In this document: in pieces, positions 1-10,763 of the stretch | How the letters are laid out: the number at the start of each line of letters is the position of its first letter | How positions within the stretch are numbered: the stretch's first letter is position 1 | DNA from: Macrostomum lignano | Lineage: Eukaryota | DNA length: 64,000 nucleotides | Assembly: GCA_002269645.1 (NCBI GenBank) | Contig: NIVC01000090.1 | Location: 186,001 to 250,000, forward strand | Direction of reading: 5' to 3' | Program-made: the position numbers and the translations under genes | The notes under the pieces: generated by a model | Database searches by the model: none | Seen by the model: only the letters and a program-made list of their open reading frames with translations | What the model was told of the DNA's origin: nothing

Positions 1-2399
1 TTTTTTCAGTTAGCAATCGACTACGCAAAAAAACTGTAAATATTAACGCTAAAATAATTTATTCAAGATTTCGAAAGTTTTATTTTTAGTCATTTTTTTC
101 TTTATCATCATGCAAAGTAAGCTCGTGAATATCTCAGTTAAAGTAGTTAAAGTATATCGAAGTTACATAATTCGGTATGTACATATTGGGTGCAAGTACA
201 ATAAATTATGTATTTCCCTTAAGTTACCCATAGACGTCAGATTTAAAGACCTCTTCTAATAAGATAATAGATGGTACAATTTTCGCTTTGGAAACTATCT
301 CAATCATAAATCTGAAGCTGGGCGATACACAGCTTCTGCACTTCTGCACTGACACATGCAAAAAGTCCTAATCGTTAAAATTGTTTCTTAACAGTTATAA
401 CAACAGCCTTGTATTAAAATGTCGATACAACAGTAAGTCCTTAAAATGATAAAAATGGCTGATCATTAAAAAATTTATTACAGAATACATAGTAAATAGT
501 AATTGACTTTCGGTTTTTTCGTGATACTTTTTAAACATGCTGGGCAGAGCGGCATGTACAACTTGATTGATCGGCTTCAATGGCCCTTCAATTAAGAGTT
601 TAAGTAAAGTTCATTCGAAGAGCTTTTGATAAATAAATTTTCACTTATCTATTATAACATAGAAATTAGGAAAAAAAGAACTATGGAATTTGTATTTTGA
701 TGGTCGGATAGAAAAAATACTTGTGAAACTATTTTTTAGTAGAAAAATAAAAAGCTTTACCATCTTGCAGCATGAAAATGCGGTAAGAATAACAGAGACA
801 ACTTTTTATTTTTATAAATATCTGTTGTAGGGCTGTTAACCCCGACGTACTTAAAGATCCCACCGATTAACACCAAGTTATTATTGAGATGTATTTCTCT
901 CTATTAAGATTTTACTAAATTGTACTAAAATCTAATATTTCTAAGAATCCTACTTTTAAACCTATAGGCCTATGTATTATATAGGCCTACGTTATGGCAT
1001 GGGCTATCGTCGGTACGAATTACCCTGGGCCTGGGTAGCTTCAGCGCCCAAGCGGCAAGACACTGCTGACTACTACTGCTATTACTAATTCTTCAACTAA
1101 TCAGTCCAACACAGTGCTACCATGGACTGAGGGGTTTCCGGCATATTGTCTCTCCTGACTAATACTGCATCATGCTTAGCTGCAACAGCCTGAATCTATT
1201 TCTTGGGAATCCTCCCTTTCTATTGAGCAATCTGCCCTTTCTTTTACTGAGCAAAATGCTTGTTCAGCAATCCCTGCTTAACTGCACTGGCAAAACATCC
1301 TTTCTATCCAATATGGTAAAGGGCCTATTTCCAACTCACAATCCTACTTAAATGACTAAGTCAGAAAACCAGAGAAATCTTAATTTCTAGGCTACTAAGT
1401 ACTGAACCCAAGAGAAGGTTAAAGAAAATGTTCAAGTTTCATCTTATATTTAGGCCTATACTAGTCAAAGTCTTTCCTTATTGGTTCGTGCTATATTCAT
1501 TTTAACAACATTGAATTAAAACAAATTATTTGCCTCACTAAAACAAAATTTCTACATTTAGAACAAATAGTATACTAAAACAAAAATATATGAGTATTTG
1601 TTAATTTGGCAAGAGTTCAACTTATAAAATGTTTAATAATTTCCTAGAATAAAACATTAGCTCTATTGCATATCTTTTATATAAAGTGTAGGGAGGTACA
1701 CAAGATTGGCATGAATCAACCTCCCCTCTCAGCTTAGCAAGCTAGTAGGCAATGCCCCCAAGCCCCAACCCCTGGTTGGGCCACCAGGGATTTGAGTACA
1801 AATGTAACAATGGCCCTATAGGCCTATGCAAGCCTGACTGCCACATGCTCCCCTTCCCCTCAGTACTAAGCTAGGCTCTGAACTTTGTTGGGTGACCAAG
1901 GCAGCTACCAGCAGATGGGATAAGCAGTGTTGCATTGAGGGAGAGGGACTAGCACAACAGAAGGCAGCCATAGTAGACGGGTAGTTTTGTTGGTTGTGAC
2001 CTAGTATATTGGTGGGGCTGCAGGCTGTCAAGGTAGGCCTAAATAGCCTCTTGATTTGTTGCACAACTGGTACTGGAACTGGCCTTTGTAGATCAAGGAT
2101 TGATAGCCTGAGTCTGTCAATGGACACCCAGTCATATTGCGTTGCATGCCTAGGTCCAATGGGAAGGTTTTGTTATTGTAGGCCTATTCAATGACCTTGA
2201 ATGGGCTATTATAGCCTGTAGGGCTTCTGCAGTGGTGCTTAATGGCCATCTTGCTAGACAAAAACTAATGGGCAAGCGAGGTAAAAGTCTGTCTAGCTAG
2301 CCCCACTTAGAAAGCAAAGTGAATTTATAAGATATATTACTTTCATAGTTGTTCTTATGCTTGATCATGCCATTTTTCTTGCCTGAAAGGAATTTGTAT

Positions 2400-2910
2400 C
2401 TTTAGTTCCATTGCAGTCTGCATCAGTCTAACAACCAAAGAAATATGAATTTCTTAGGAGGCCATTTAAATTTTAAAGTACCTTTAAGAAAAACCTAAAA
2501 TTTCTATAATATGCCTAATTTAGTAGGGTTATATTGCCTTTTTTAATCTTTTGCTTTTACAAACTATGTTAGATTGCCTTGATTTGCTAATTGCTATCTA
2601 TTAGGCCTATTAAATTTCTGCAGGTTGCCTATATAGAGGGGAACAGAATTTCTCACTAAACTATTTACTATTATAGCTAAATATAGCCTTTCCAGAGGGA
2701 AAATGGTATAGAAAAGGCTATAAAATTAAATAAAGCTTTTCCAAAACATTGTACATTTGCTACATACATTTAGCCCTATCATCTGACCCTTGGTCAGGGG
2801 CTTTGGGTCTAAAAGAATGAATGAGTGAATGATATTGAGTGGCACAAAAAATAGAAAAAGTAGACAAACTTAATATATTTATAGTTTTTGTTCTGATTGA
2901 GTTACTGCTT
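2400..2910. repeat. Interspersed repeat, decayed copy of the 5' part of the element at 9000-10070
   Basis: Shares long blocks with 9060-9490, e.g. atttcttaggaggccatttaaattttaaagtacc and gccctatc..ctgaccctt. Many CG in the 9-kb copy read TG or CA here. Confidence 0.75.
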
Positions 2911-3402
2911 ATTCACTTCATTTCTAGTCATTTAGACCAGTTTTGTGGAAAAAGTACATAAGAGTCATTTTTAAGCCCTAAAATCTCATAGAACAGAAAA
3001 TAAAATTAACCTGGTCATCAAATATTTGGCCCCTAGTTCTGCGGGTAAATTGTGACAAAGTCATCATAAAAATCCCATTTTTCCTTTTATATAATGAGTT
3101 CAACTGTAGCACTTTGTACACTGCTTATTCACTTCATTTCCAGTTGGCAAAAGAATGCAAGAGATTCAATTATATGAACCTTTTTTCTACTTGAAACAGT
3201 ATACAATTATAGCTAAAAAATTATACTGAATAGGCCTAGTAAAGGCTGTTTAGGCTGAAACTTCAAAAGAGACAAATTACACATATGAAATATTTAAAAT
3301 CTTTTCAAAGCCAAATATAGGTCTATTATCTCAAGATAAAAACAAAAGCTCTAAGGATGGACTGGCCTTATGAAACACTATTTTTAAAGGTAAAAGAATG
3401 TA

Positions 3403-4242
3403 CAATAGACACTACAACTACACTACAATTGCACTTGCATGACCAGAATCACCTAGGCTCCTACATGTGATGAGTGACTATTGCACTCGAATCCACAGTT
3501 GGAGCAGTCAAGGTAGAAACTCCACAGTCGGAGCAGTCAAGGTAGAAACTCCAAGGTGGGAATACTTAAGTGAGAAACTCCAAAGTACTTACCTTAAGTC
3601 ACCTCACCTTAAGTACTCTAATTTTGGACTCCTTCTACCTTGACTCCTTGACCTACGTATCCCTCTGTATGGTAATCTATGTATCTCACTGTACAGTAGA
3701 TACGGTATCTAGTGTGTTAGTGTATAGATATCATATATGCAGACGTATCAGTGTTAATAGCAGACACACTTGTAGACGTTGTAGTGTCATTTCTACCTTA
3801 GTGTTTTCTACCTTAGATAGGCCTACTCCAACTTTGGAGTTTCTACCTTTAGTACTCCAACTTTGGAGTTTCTACCTTTAGTACTCCAACTTTGGAGTTT
3901 CTACCTTTAGTACTCCAACTTTGGAGTTTCTACCTTTAGTACTCCAACTTTGGAGTTTCTACCTTTAGTACTCCAACTTTGGAGTTTCTACCTTTAGTAC
4001 TCCAACTTTGGAGTTTCTACCTTTAGTACTCCAACTTTGGAGTTTCTACCTTTAGTACTCCAACTTTGGAGTTTCTACCTTTAGTACTCCAACTTTGGAG
4101 TTTCTACCTTGACTGCTCCAACTGTGGATTCGAGTGCAATAGTCACTCATCACATGTAGGAGCCTAGGAGTGTAGGAGTAGGTGTAGGAGGTGATTCTGG
4201 TCATGCAAGTGCAATTGTAGTGTAGATGTAGTAGTGTCTGTT
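3403..4242. mobile_element. Foldback/MITE-like element with about 120-bp inverted arms and an internal 29-bp minisatellite
   Basis: 3403-3523 is the near-perfect reverse complement of 4097-4242, apart from one insertion of about 20 nt in the right arm. tttggagtttctacctttagtactccaac repeats about 9 times at 3825-4110. Confidence 0.75.
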
Positions 4243-4559
4243 GCAGTGTCAGACACGTTTATAGACATCATAGTGTTTATTGCTGTGCTAGGCCTAATAA
4301 GCGTCTGTAGGACATGACATGACATGAGTTATGACATAATCAATTTCTCAGTCAGCCAGTATCAGTCTCAATTTAAGTTAGCAATATGGTTACGCAATTT
4401 TAATCAAGTCGTGTGTGCATTTCTATTTTTAAGAATCCGACCCTATCCTGAAAGTAAAGCCCTTAGACTCTTGCGTGAGAAATTGCCACAGACAATTTGA
4501 TAAGCACAAACAACGTAATTCATGGTCGTAGAGTGTGAGTGAATTTCAATTTTCTTGAA

Positions 4560-5050
4560 TTTGCCTTCCTTTTCTTCTTCTTCTTCTTCCACATTTTTTT
4601 CGCCTCCCGGCGTAGGTGGCACCCTGTGTCTCGGACGTTTCCTCTTCTTCTGTTACTCGCCGCATGCTCTCTCATGCCGTGCCATGTTGGTTGCTGACAG
4701 CCATCTCTTACAGTATCGACATTCTGCTCTCTTCCTTTTGTGGATCCTTGCTATCATTCTCGCCGCTTTGTCGTTTGTCCTCGGTCCTTCTATTGCATGG
4801 GGCTCCTCTGCGCACTTCTTCCTGTGTCTTGCATAGTTAGTCTTACTGATCCATGTTTTACAGTTGTTACACTCTCTTCTTGTGCCTTCCGTCCTGCCTC
4901 TTGTGCACCATTTCTCGTGATTCTTTCTTGTTGCTTCCATTCTGAACTCGCTGTTGCATCTCTCGCATCTTATTCTTATGCCTGTATTGGTCTTGTGCAT
5001 TCTTTTGGCTAAACCTCCTCTTGATCTGCATACTTTTCCGCAGTTCTTTT
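4560..5050 (-). mobile_element. 5'-truncated non-LTR retrotransposon 3' end (RTE-like): C-terminal CCHC/C2H2 zinc fingers and a (GAA)n tail
   Basis: ORF 4653-5000 has three C-x2-C...H-x3-C fingers (CERC..H..WC, CNNC..H..KC, CRYC..H..AC). A broken upstream finger (KNCGKVCRSRGGLAK) follows an in-frame stop. The stop is followed by a short UTR and a (GAA)n tract at 4571-4590. Confidence 0.7.
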
Positions 5051-5700
5051 CAAGTGCATAGCACTATTTAGAATTCATTTTGAGACTCAAAATTTCACAT
5101 GATTGTGTCAAAATAGCTAAAGATGGTTTGTGTCTAATTTGAAGACAATTGGTATAAGTAGAGTGGCGCTATAGAGGATTTAATGAAAAAAATGCATATT
5201 TTGCGCAGTTTTTTGCACTTTTAGGTAGGAAGACTTAAGTTTAGGAATTTTTAAATAGCTTAAGACATTCTGCCATAGACCATAGTGAGTTTGAAGTGGG
5301 TGCACAATTTGGTATAATTCAGTTGAGCAGTTTAAGAGTCATACATGCGCAACAATCAGCCAAATCGGCCAATCTGGCTGACCAATTCGGCGGCAACCAA
5401 GGTAAGTCACAAAAATGCCCACCCAAGTAGTACTAAGTAGATGATGAGGCATTTTGCCTTAAAAAGACTGTCATAGTTACTCCTGCCATTTACCCAAAGT
5501 TGTGTTAATTTTGCTTTAGGGTTTCTTTTAATGTAAGTCACATTTTTGGCCAAAAACTATGTCACATTTTTGTTAAAACTAAGTCGCACGGCCAACCAAA
5601 TTTTGGAAGTTGCGCATGTATCTTAGGAGTCTATAGCAATCAAAATTATACATACATATACACATAGAGAGTTTTCATTTTTATAGATAGAGATTGTAGG
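5040..5700. repeat. Interspersed repeat, decayed copy of the 3' part of the element at 9000-10070, interrupted by a MITE
   Basis: Aligns with 9710-10070 (gagactc.aaattt.acatgattgtg.caaaatag; ttttttgcacttttaggtaggaagact; agagtttt.atttttata). Confidence 0.8.
5341..5621. mobile_element. MITE with ATACATGCGCAAC TIRs and an imperfect 10-bp TSD (Mutator-like)
   Basis: TIR atacatgcgcaac...gttgcgcatgtat. Flanks are tttaagagtc and cttaggagtc. The empty site is visible in the paralogous copy near 9990-10000. A second family member lies at 34884-35160. Confidence 0.8.
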
Positions 5701-7365
5701 CTTCATTGTTCTTTGAATCTAATGTATTTTTTGGATAAATCAATGGCAAGAGTAACAACTATGACTGTCTTATTAAGGCTAAATATTTTGCCATGATGCT
5801 ATCTAATTAGTATTGCATCTATATTTTTGGGTAGGCATTTTTTCAACTTACCTTGGCTAGGCATCAGCTAGCTGGGTATGCGCATGTATGTGCACCAATT
5901 GCTTATATATTATGCATAAGATATTTAATGATAAGTTCGTAACTCTGAGATGTTAACTGGTATAAGGAAAGCTAAAAACTTTAATAATGATATATTTAGA
6001 AATCAAGGTATTGAAGAGCTTTTGCTCTATATATAAGAATTTAAAATAATATAAATTCCTAACAAGTTCTTTAGCTAAGAGACCAAATTAGTCATAACTA
6101 GTGCATTAAACTTCACTATTCAAACATTGAAATTATGAAAATTGTTTTTTTTAATATTTGACACTTCCAAATCAATTTTTTATTGTTCAAACTTTTATAC
6201 ATACCCAGCAACATTGAAAAGTCACCACTCTTATACTCCATGTGAGCAATTTCTCTTGGAATATTCTGAAATAAAATATACAATAAAACTGATTGGGTAG
6301 CTTTAAGCTATCCAACAAAACTTTTGCACACTGCATCCCCCTTACTTCATTCCTCAATTCAAGCCTGCCACAGTGTAGCAAGTTGCATTGCTCACAGATG
6401 GAGAAGCTTTACCTGCACTCTATAAAGTGGCAACCATTGACTTTTAAATGTTGTTAAGTATATAAGCACACTATGACACTAAGCCTCCAATGTTGGTCAT
6501 TCAAATAAAAAATTCAAACATCAAAAGCATTAAAAACTTGTTTTTTGAATATTTGACCTACTAAGAATTAGTAGAAATTTTATGTACCAATTTTCCAAAT
6601 GAATTTGAATCAATTAGGCCCATTAGCTACTGCCCCCCCCCCATCTGAAACTGCACCACCTAGTGTTGTATTCATAAAAGAATACAAATAAGATCAGGGC
6701 AGTTTAGGCAGTTGATAAATTTTAGGCCAGCTTTTTAACCCCCCCCCCCCTATGCATCAGTATTTCATCAACAATAATAAAATTCAACTAACTCTACAAA
6801 TTGCGAGCCCACCATGCAAAGGGTCATAAAACTTCTCTAGCTTAATTGTGGTGAATGTACATCCAGCACTGTACATTGGCCAAGGAGATGCCTAAATGGT
6901 TGAACTGAGCAATTAAGTTTAGAAACAGAGTGACCCATTGAAAGCATTAAAAAATAATGTTTCAAATATTTGACCCACTTCCCATTCAATTTTTTCATCA
7001 AAAAAGTTATGCATAATCCCCCAAAAAATTAGAGTTTTTTAAAGCAAATTTGAAAAAAATCAGCTAGATGGTTCTTGAAAAAATCAATGACAAACAGACA
7101 GACAAACAGTGCAAAATTAGTATATAGAATTTAGTACATTTAGTATATTTTAGTATATACAAGCTGTTGAAACCCGCGGATTTTGAACCCGGGGAACTCC
7201 ATTCCCCGGAATTATTTTTGCATGTATTCTAAAATCTGAGGTAAAACTTAAACAAAAACTTGTTCCCTTGTTAATAGTTAGGATAGAGTTAAACATAAAG
7301 TAGTGCACATTCATGTAAAATTAGGATTTGAGGCAAACATTGATATGGTTGGCTGGGGTGCTGCG

Positions 7366-8907
7366 CAGAATGTCAGGCAAACTCTGGCCTTTACGTACCT
7401 CTGCCTCTCCCTATGTCCTTTGCATCCTTTGAAACTTCCATCTTCTTTTCTGTTTCCTATCTTCTCTCTCGTCTCTTCTTTTTCTCCCCTCTTATCTCTT
7501 CTTTCTTCTCTCCTCTCTCGTCTCTTCTCTCGTCTCTTCTCTCATCTCTTCCCTCTCCACTCTATTCTTTTCTCTCTCTTCTCTCTTCGCTCTGGTCTCT
7601 GGTCTCTCATATCTCCTTTCTCCTGTTTTATCTTTTCTCATTTCTCTCTGCTCTCTACTCTCTCTTCCCTCACCTCTCTTCTCACTCCTTACTCTACCCT
7701 CTCTCAACACTTTCCTTATCTCTACTCTCTCCTTTTTCCTCTCTTCTCTCAACTCTTTCCTCTCCTCTGTCCACTCTCTCCTCTCATCTCTCTGCTCTCT
7801 CCTATCCTATCTCTCTTCTCTCTCTTCTCTCCCCTCTTTCCTCTCCTCCCTCGTCCTTTTCACCAATTTCCCCTGTCCTCTCGATTCTCTCCCTTCCCCT
7901 CCTCTCTCCTCACTCACTTCTCATCTCTCCTCTTTTCTCTCTATTCCCCATCTCTCGTCTGTTCACTCTCGTTTCTGCTCTCATCTCCCCTCTCTTATCT
8001 GTCATCTTTACTCTCATATGTTCTCTCACCTCTCTCCCCTTGTACTCCTCTCTTTCCCCTTTTTGACTCAGGAGGACTCGATCCTTTCTTCTTTCTTCTC
8101 GTCTCTTCTCTTCTCTCTTCTATACTCTCTCCCTCTCTTGTCTTCTCTCTTCTCTCTCACTCTCCTCTCTCCTCTCTTATATCGTCTGTTTACTCTCATC
8201 TTTGCTCTCTCATTTCCCTCTCTCTTCTGTCATCTCTACTCTCCTCTCTACTGTGTACTCTTCTCTTTCCCCTCTTCTGACTCCTCTCTTTCCTTACTCC
8301 TCTCTTCTCTTCCCTCTTCTATACTCTCTCCCCTCTATTCTCTTTTCTCGTCTCTCCGCACTCTGCTCTCTCTTCCTTCATCTCTCATCTCTACTCTACT
8401 CTCTCATATTTCCTTTCATCTCACTCATCTCTACAATCTCATCTCTTTCCTCTCTCCTCCTCTTCCCTTTACTCTATCATCTCTCCTTTGTCCTCTCTTC
8501 TTTCTCAACTCTCTCTCTCTCATCTCTATCTTCTCTCTTCTCACTCGTCTCTCCCCCTTTTATCTCCTCCCCTCTATCCTTTCTAATCCCCCCTCTCGAT
8601 ACTCTCATCTCCTCTTTGTTCTCTCCTCTCACTCTTCTCTACTCTCCTCTCTCATCGATCCTCTGTCTCATCTCTCCCCTCTTCTCTCTCCATCTTCTCA
8701 CCTCTACTATTTCCTCTCCCTTCTCTCTCCCCTCCTCTCGCTTCTTCGTCCCATATTCTCTGCTCTCTCCTCAACCTCCTCGTACGTCTTTCCTGTTATC
8801 TTCTATCTTTTCTTTTATCCCCTCTCGCCCCTCCTCCCTTTCTAATAGTCTATTCCTTTTCCTTTTCACTCTCATATGGCCCGTAGCTGCCGATCTGCCG
8901 ATCCCTG
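7366..8907. mobile_element. Decayed hAT-type MITE containing a 1.45-kb CT-rich low-complexity tract
   Basis: Ends (gtcaggcaaact...; ...tggcccg...ctgccgatccctg) resemble the CAGGGGTCGGCAAAC/GTTTGCCGACCCCTG element at 44063-44330. The interior 7400-8850 is almost purely C/T. The overlapping L/S/F-rich ORFs are artefacts. Confidence 0.6.
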
Positions 8908-8999
8908 CTTCGAAAGCCAGTTTGTGGGACGTAGTACTATCATGGTTGTTATCATTTCTCATGCTTTAATAACGTCATCTTTCTGGTCAATTAGCAGCC

Positions 9000-10070
9000 C
9001 TGAGAGAAATTTGTATATCTCCAGCTCCACCACCACAGTCTGCAGCAGTCTAACAACCATGGAAATACGCATTTCTTAGGAGGCCATTTAAATTTTAAAG
9101 TACCTTATGCGAATCCTAATGTTAAAAATTTCATGGTGTAACTAATTTAGTAGGATTGCATTGTAATCTGTTATTCATCAATTTTTCGATATTTTTACAA
9201 ACCATCCCACATCGCCTTGATTTGCCATCCTTGTTTAACTGCTGCAGACTTGTCTATACAGAGGACAGTAGTTTGAATCTCTCGCTAAACTGTCTCCTCT
9301 CCACGCCTTTCCACTCGCGGGGGTACAGAGAAGGCTATTAAAAAGTTATTCCAAAACACTGTACATTCGCTATGTACATTGAGCCCTATCGCCTGACCCT
9401 TCGTCTGGACTGCGGGAATGAGTGAGTTGAGCGCCACAAACAACAGAAAAAGCAGACAAACTTCACATGCTTACAGTTTCTTTTTCGGTCGAGTTACAAA
9501 GTTGAAACTTTACATTTAGACAGAGAATGGGTCAATGAAGAATTTTGTCAGGTTTGAAGTCAATCGCTTTACGTGGAGCAAACTTATGGCAGCTGAAAGT
9601 TAGTCAATTTTGAAACCCTTTTACACATCTGGGCCCAGATCGGTATCGGGAAAGAGAGGCAGGCGGGCGGAGGTTGGGGTGGTTGCTACGCTGAAAAAAA
9701 CAGCCTAATTTTAAAAGTGCACAGCACCGCTCAGAATTAACTTTGAGACTCGAAATTTTACATGATTGTGCCAAAATAGTTAAAGATTATCTGTGTCAAA
9801 TTTGAAGAGAATCGGTAGAAGTGGAGCGGCGCTATGGAGGATTAAGTGAAAAAATCGCGCATTTTGAGCAGTTTTTTGCACTTTTAGGTAGGAAGACTCA
9901 AATTTAGGGAATTTTAAGGTAGCCTAAGACATTCTCCGTAGTAAGTTTAGGGTGGGTGTAAAGTTTGGTGTAATTTGGTTGAGCGGTTTGGGAGTCCATA
10001 GCGATCAAAATTGTCCACACACAGACAGACACACACACACACAGAGTTTTGATTTTTATATGTAGAGATA
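9000..10070. mobile_element. Younger copy of an interspersed non-autonomous element ending in a (CA/CAGA) microsatellite; possibly Helitron/HINE-like
   Basis: Homologous to 2400-2910 and 5040-5700. Ends acacacagacagacacacacacacacagagttttgatttttatatgtagaga. No TIR or TSD seen; the class assignment is inference. Confidence 0.55.
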
Positions 10071-10763
10071 TACATGTTTTGCAATATATTCAGTATGGTA
10101 AGTCAATATGGTATAACAGTAATCAATTGCAATGCAGCAAAAACATTTTATCATTCTTTAACTATAATGCAGTGTTACTTTTTTTAAAGGCCTGCTTGCA
10201 TGACAGCTATTCGTGTAAGCTCAGAATTGCATGCATAGCATATAGTGTTCTACTGTGGCACCTCTATACTAAACCCCAGGCAAACTTTTGGTTTTGGTGA
10301 AATCAAGTTCTTGACCAAACTTTGGGGTTTCAAGCTAAGTATTTGAGTCAAGTTTTGTCAAGTAGTCAAGTAGAATAAAAATTTGGTAGTTAGTGAATTT
10401 CAAACCTCAACTTTGTTCTATTGTTTTATATTTCTGTACTAAACTTCTTAACTTTATATAGTTTCTTTTGTATTTCATATTTTTGCATTGAAACGATATT
10501 TTGTCATTTAACTTGATAGTACATGTCAAACAATGCTATATGCTACCAAAGAATTTTTAAAAGAACAAATACTTCTTTTGACACATCAATTACTTAAGGT
10601 ACAGTTTTATTTCCTTTCAAACCGGTTTATTATTAGCATTTTACTGGGTTTTATAGAAAAGAAATTTTTAATTATTTTTCAAGTCAAATTTAATTTTCAT
10701 AATATAAACTTTTTATCCAGCTACTACTGAAGACAGCATCTAACTAGTAGTCAGGTGGGCACG

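Noticed and set aside
395-620. 61-aa minus-strand ORF (LIEGPLKPINQVVHAALPSMFKKY...) as an exon of a gene
   Set aside because: No recognisable motif, a stop just upstream in frame, and no convincing splice partners in the window.
1816-2194. Overlapping ORFs with an LDLQ motif, as a reverse transcriptase remnant
   Set aside because: Motif order does not fit RT domains and there is no YADD-like motif; likely chance ORFs in decayed sequence.
7303-8969. Several 200-325 aa L/S/F-rich ORFs
   Set aside because: Products of a stop-poor CT tract; all three frames are open.
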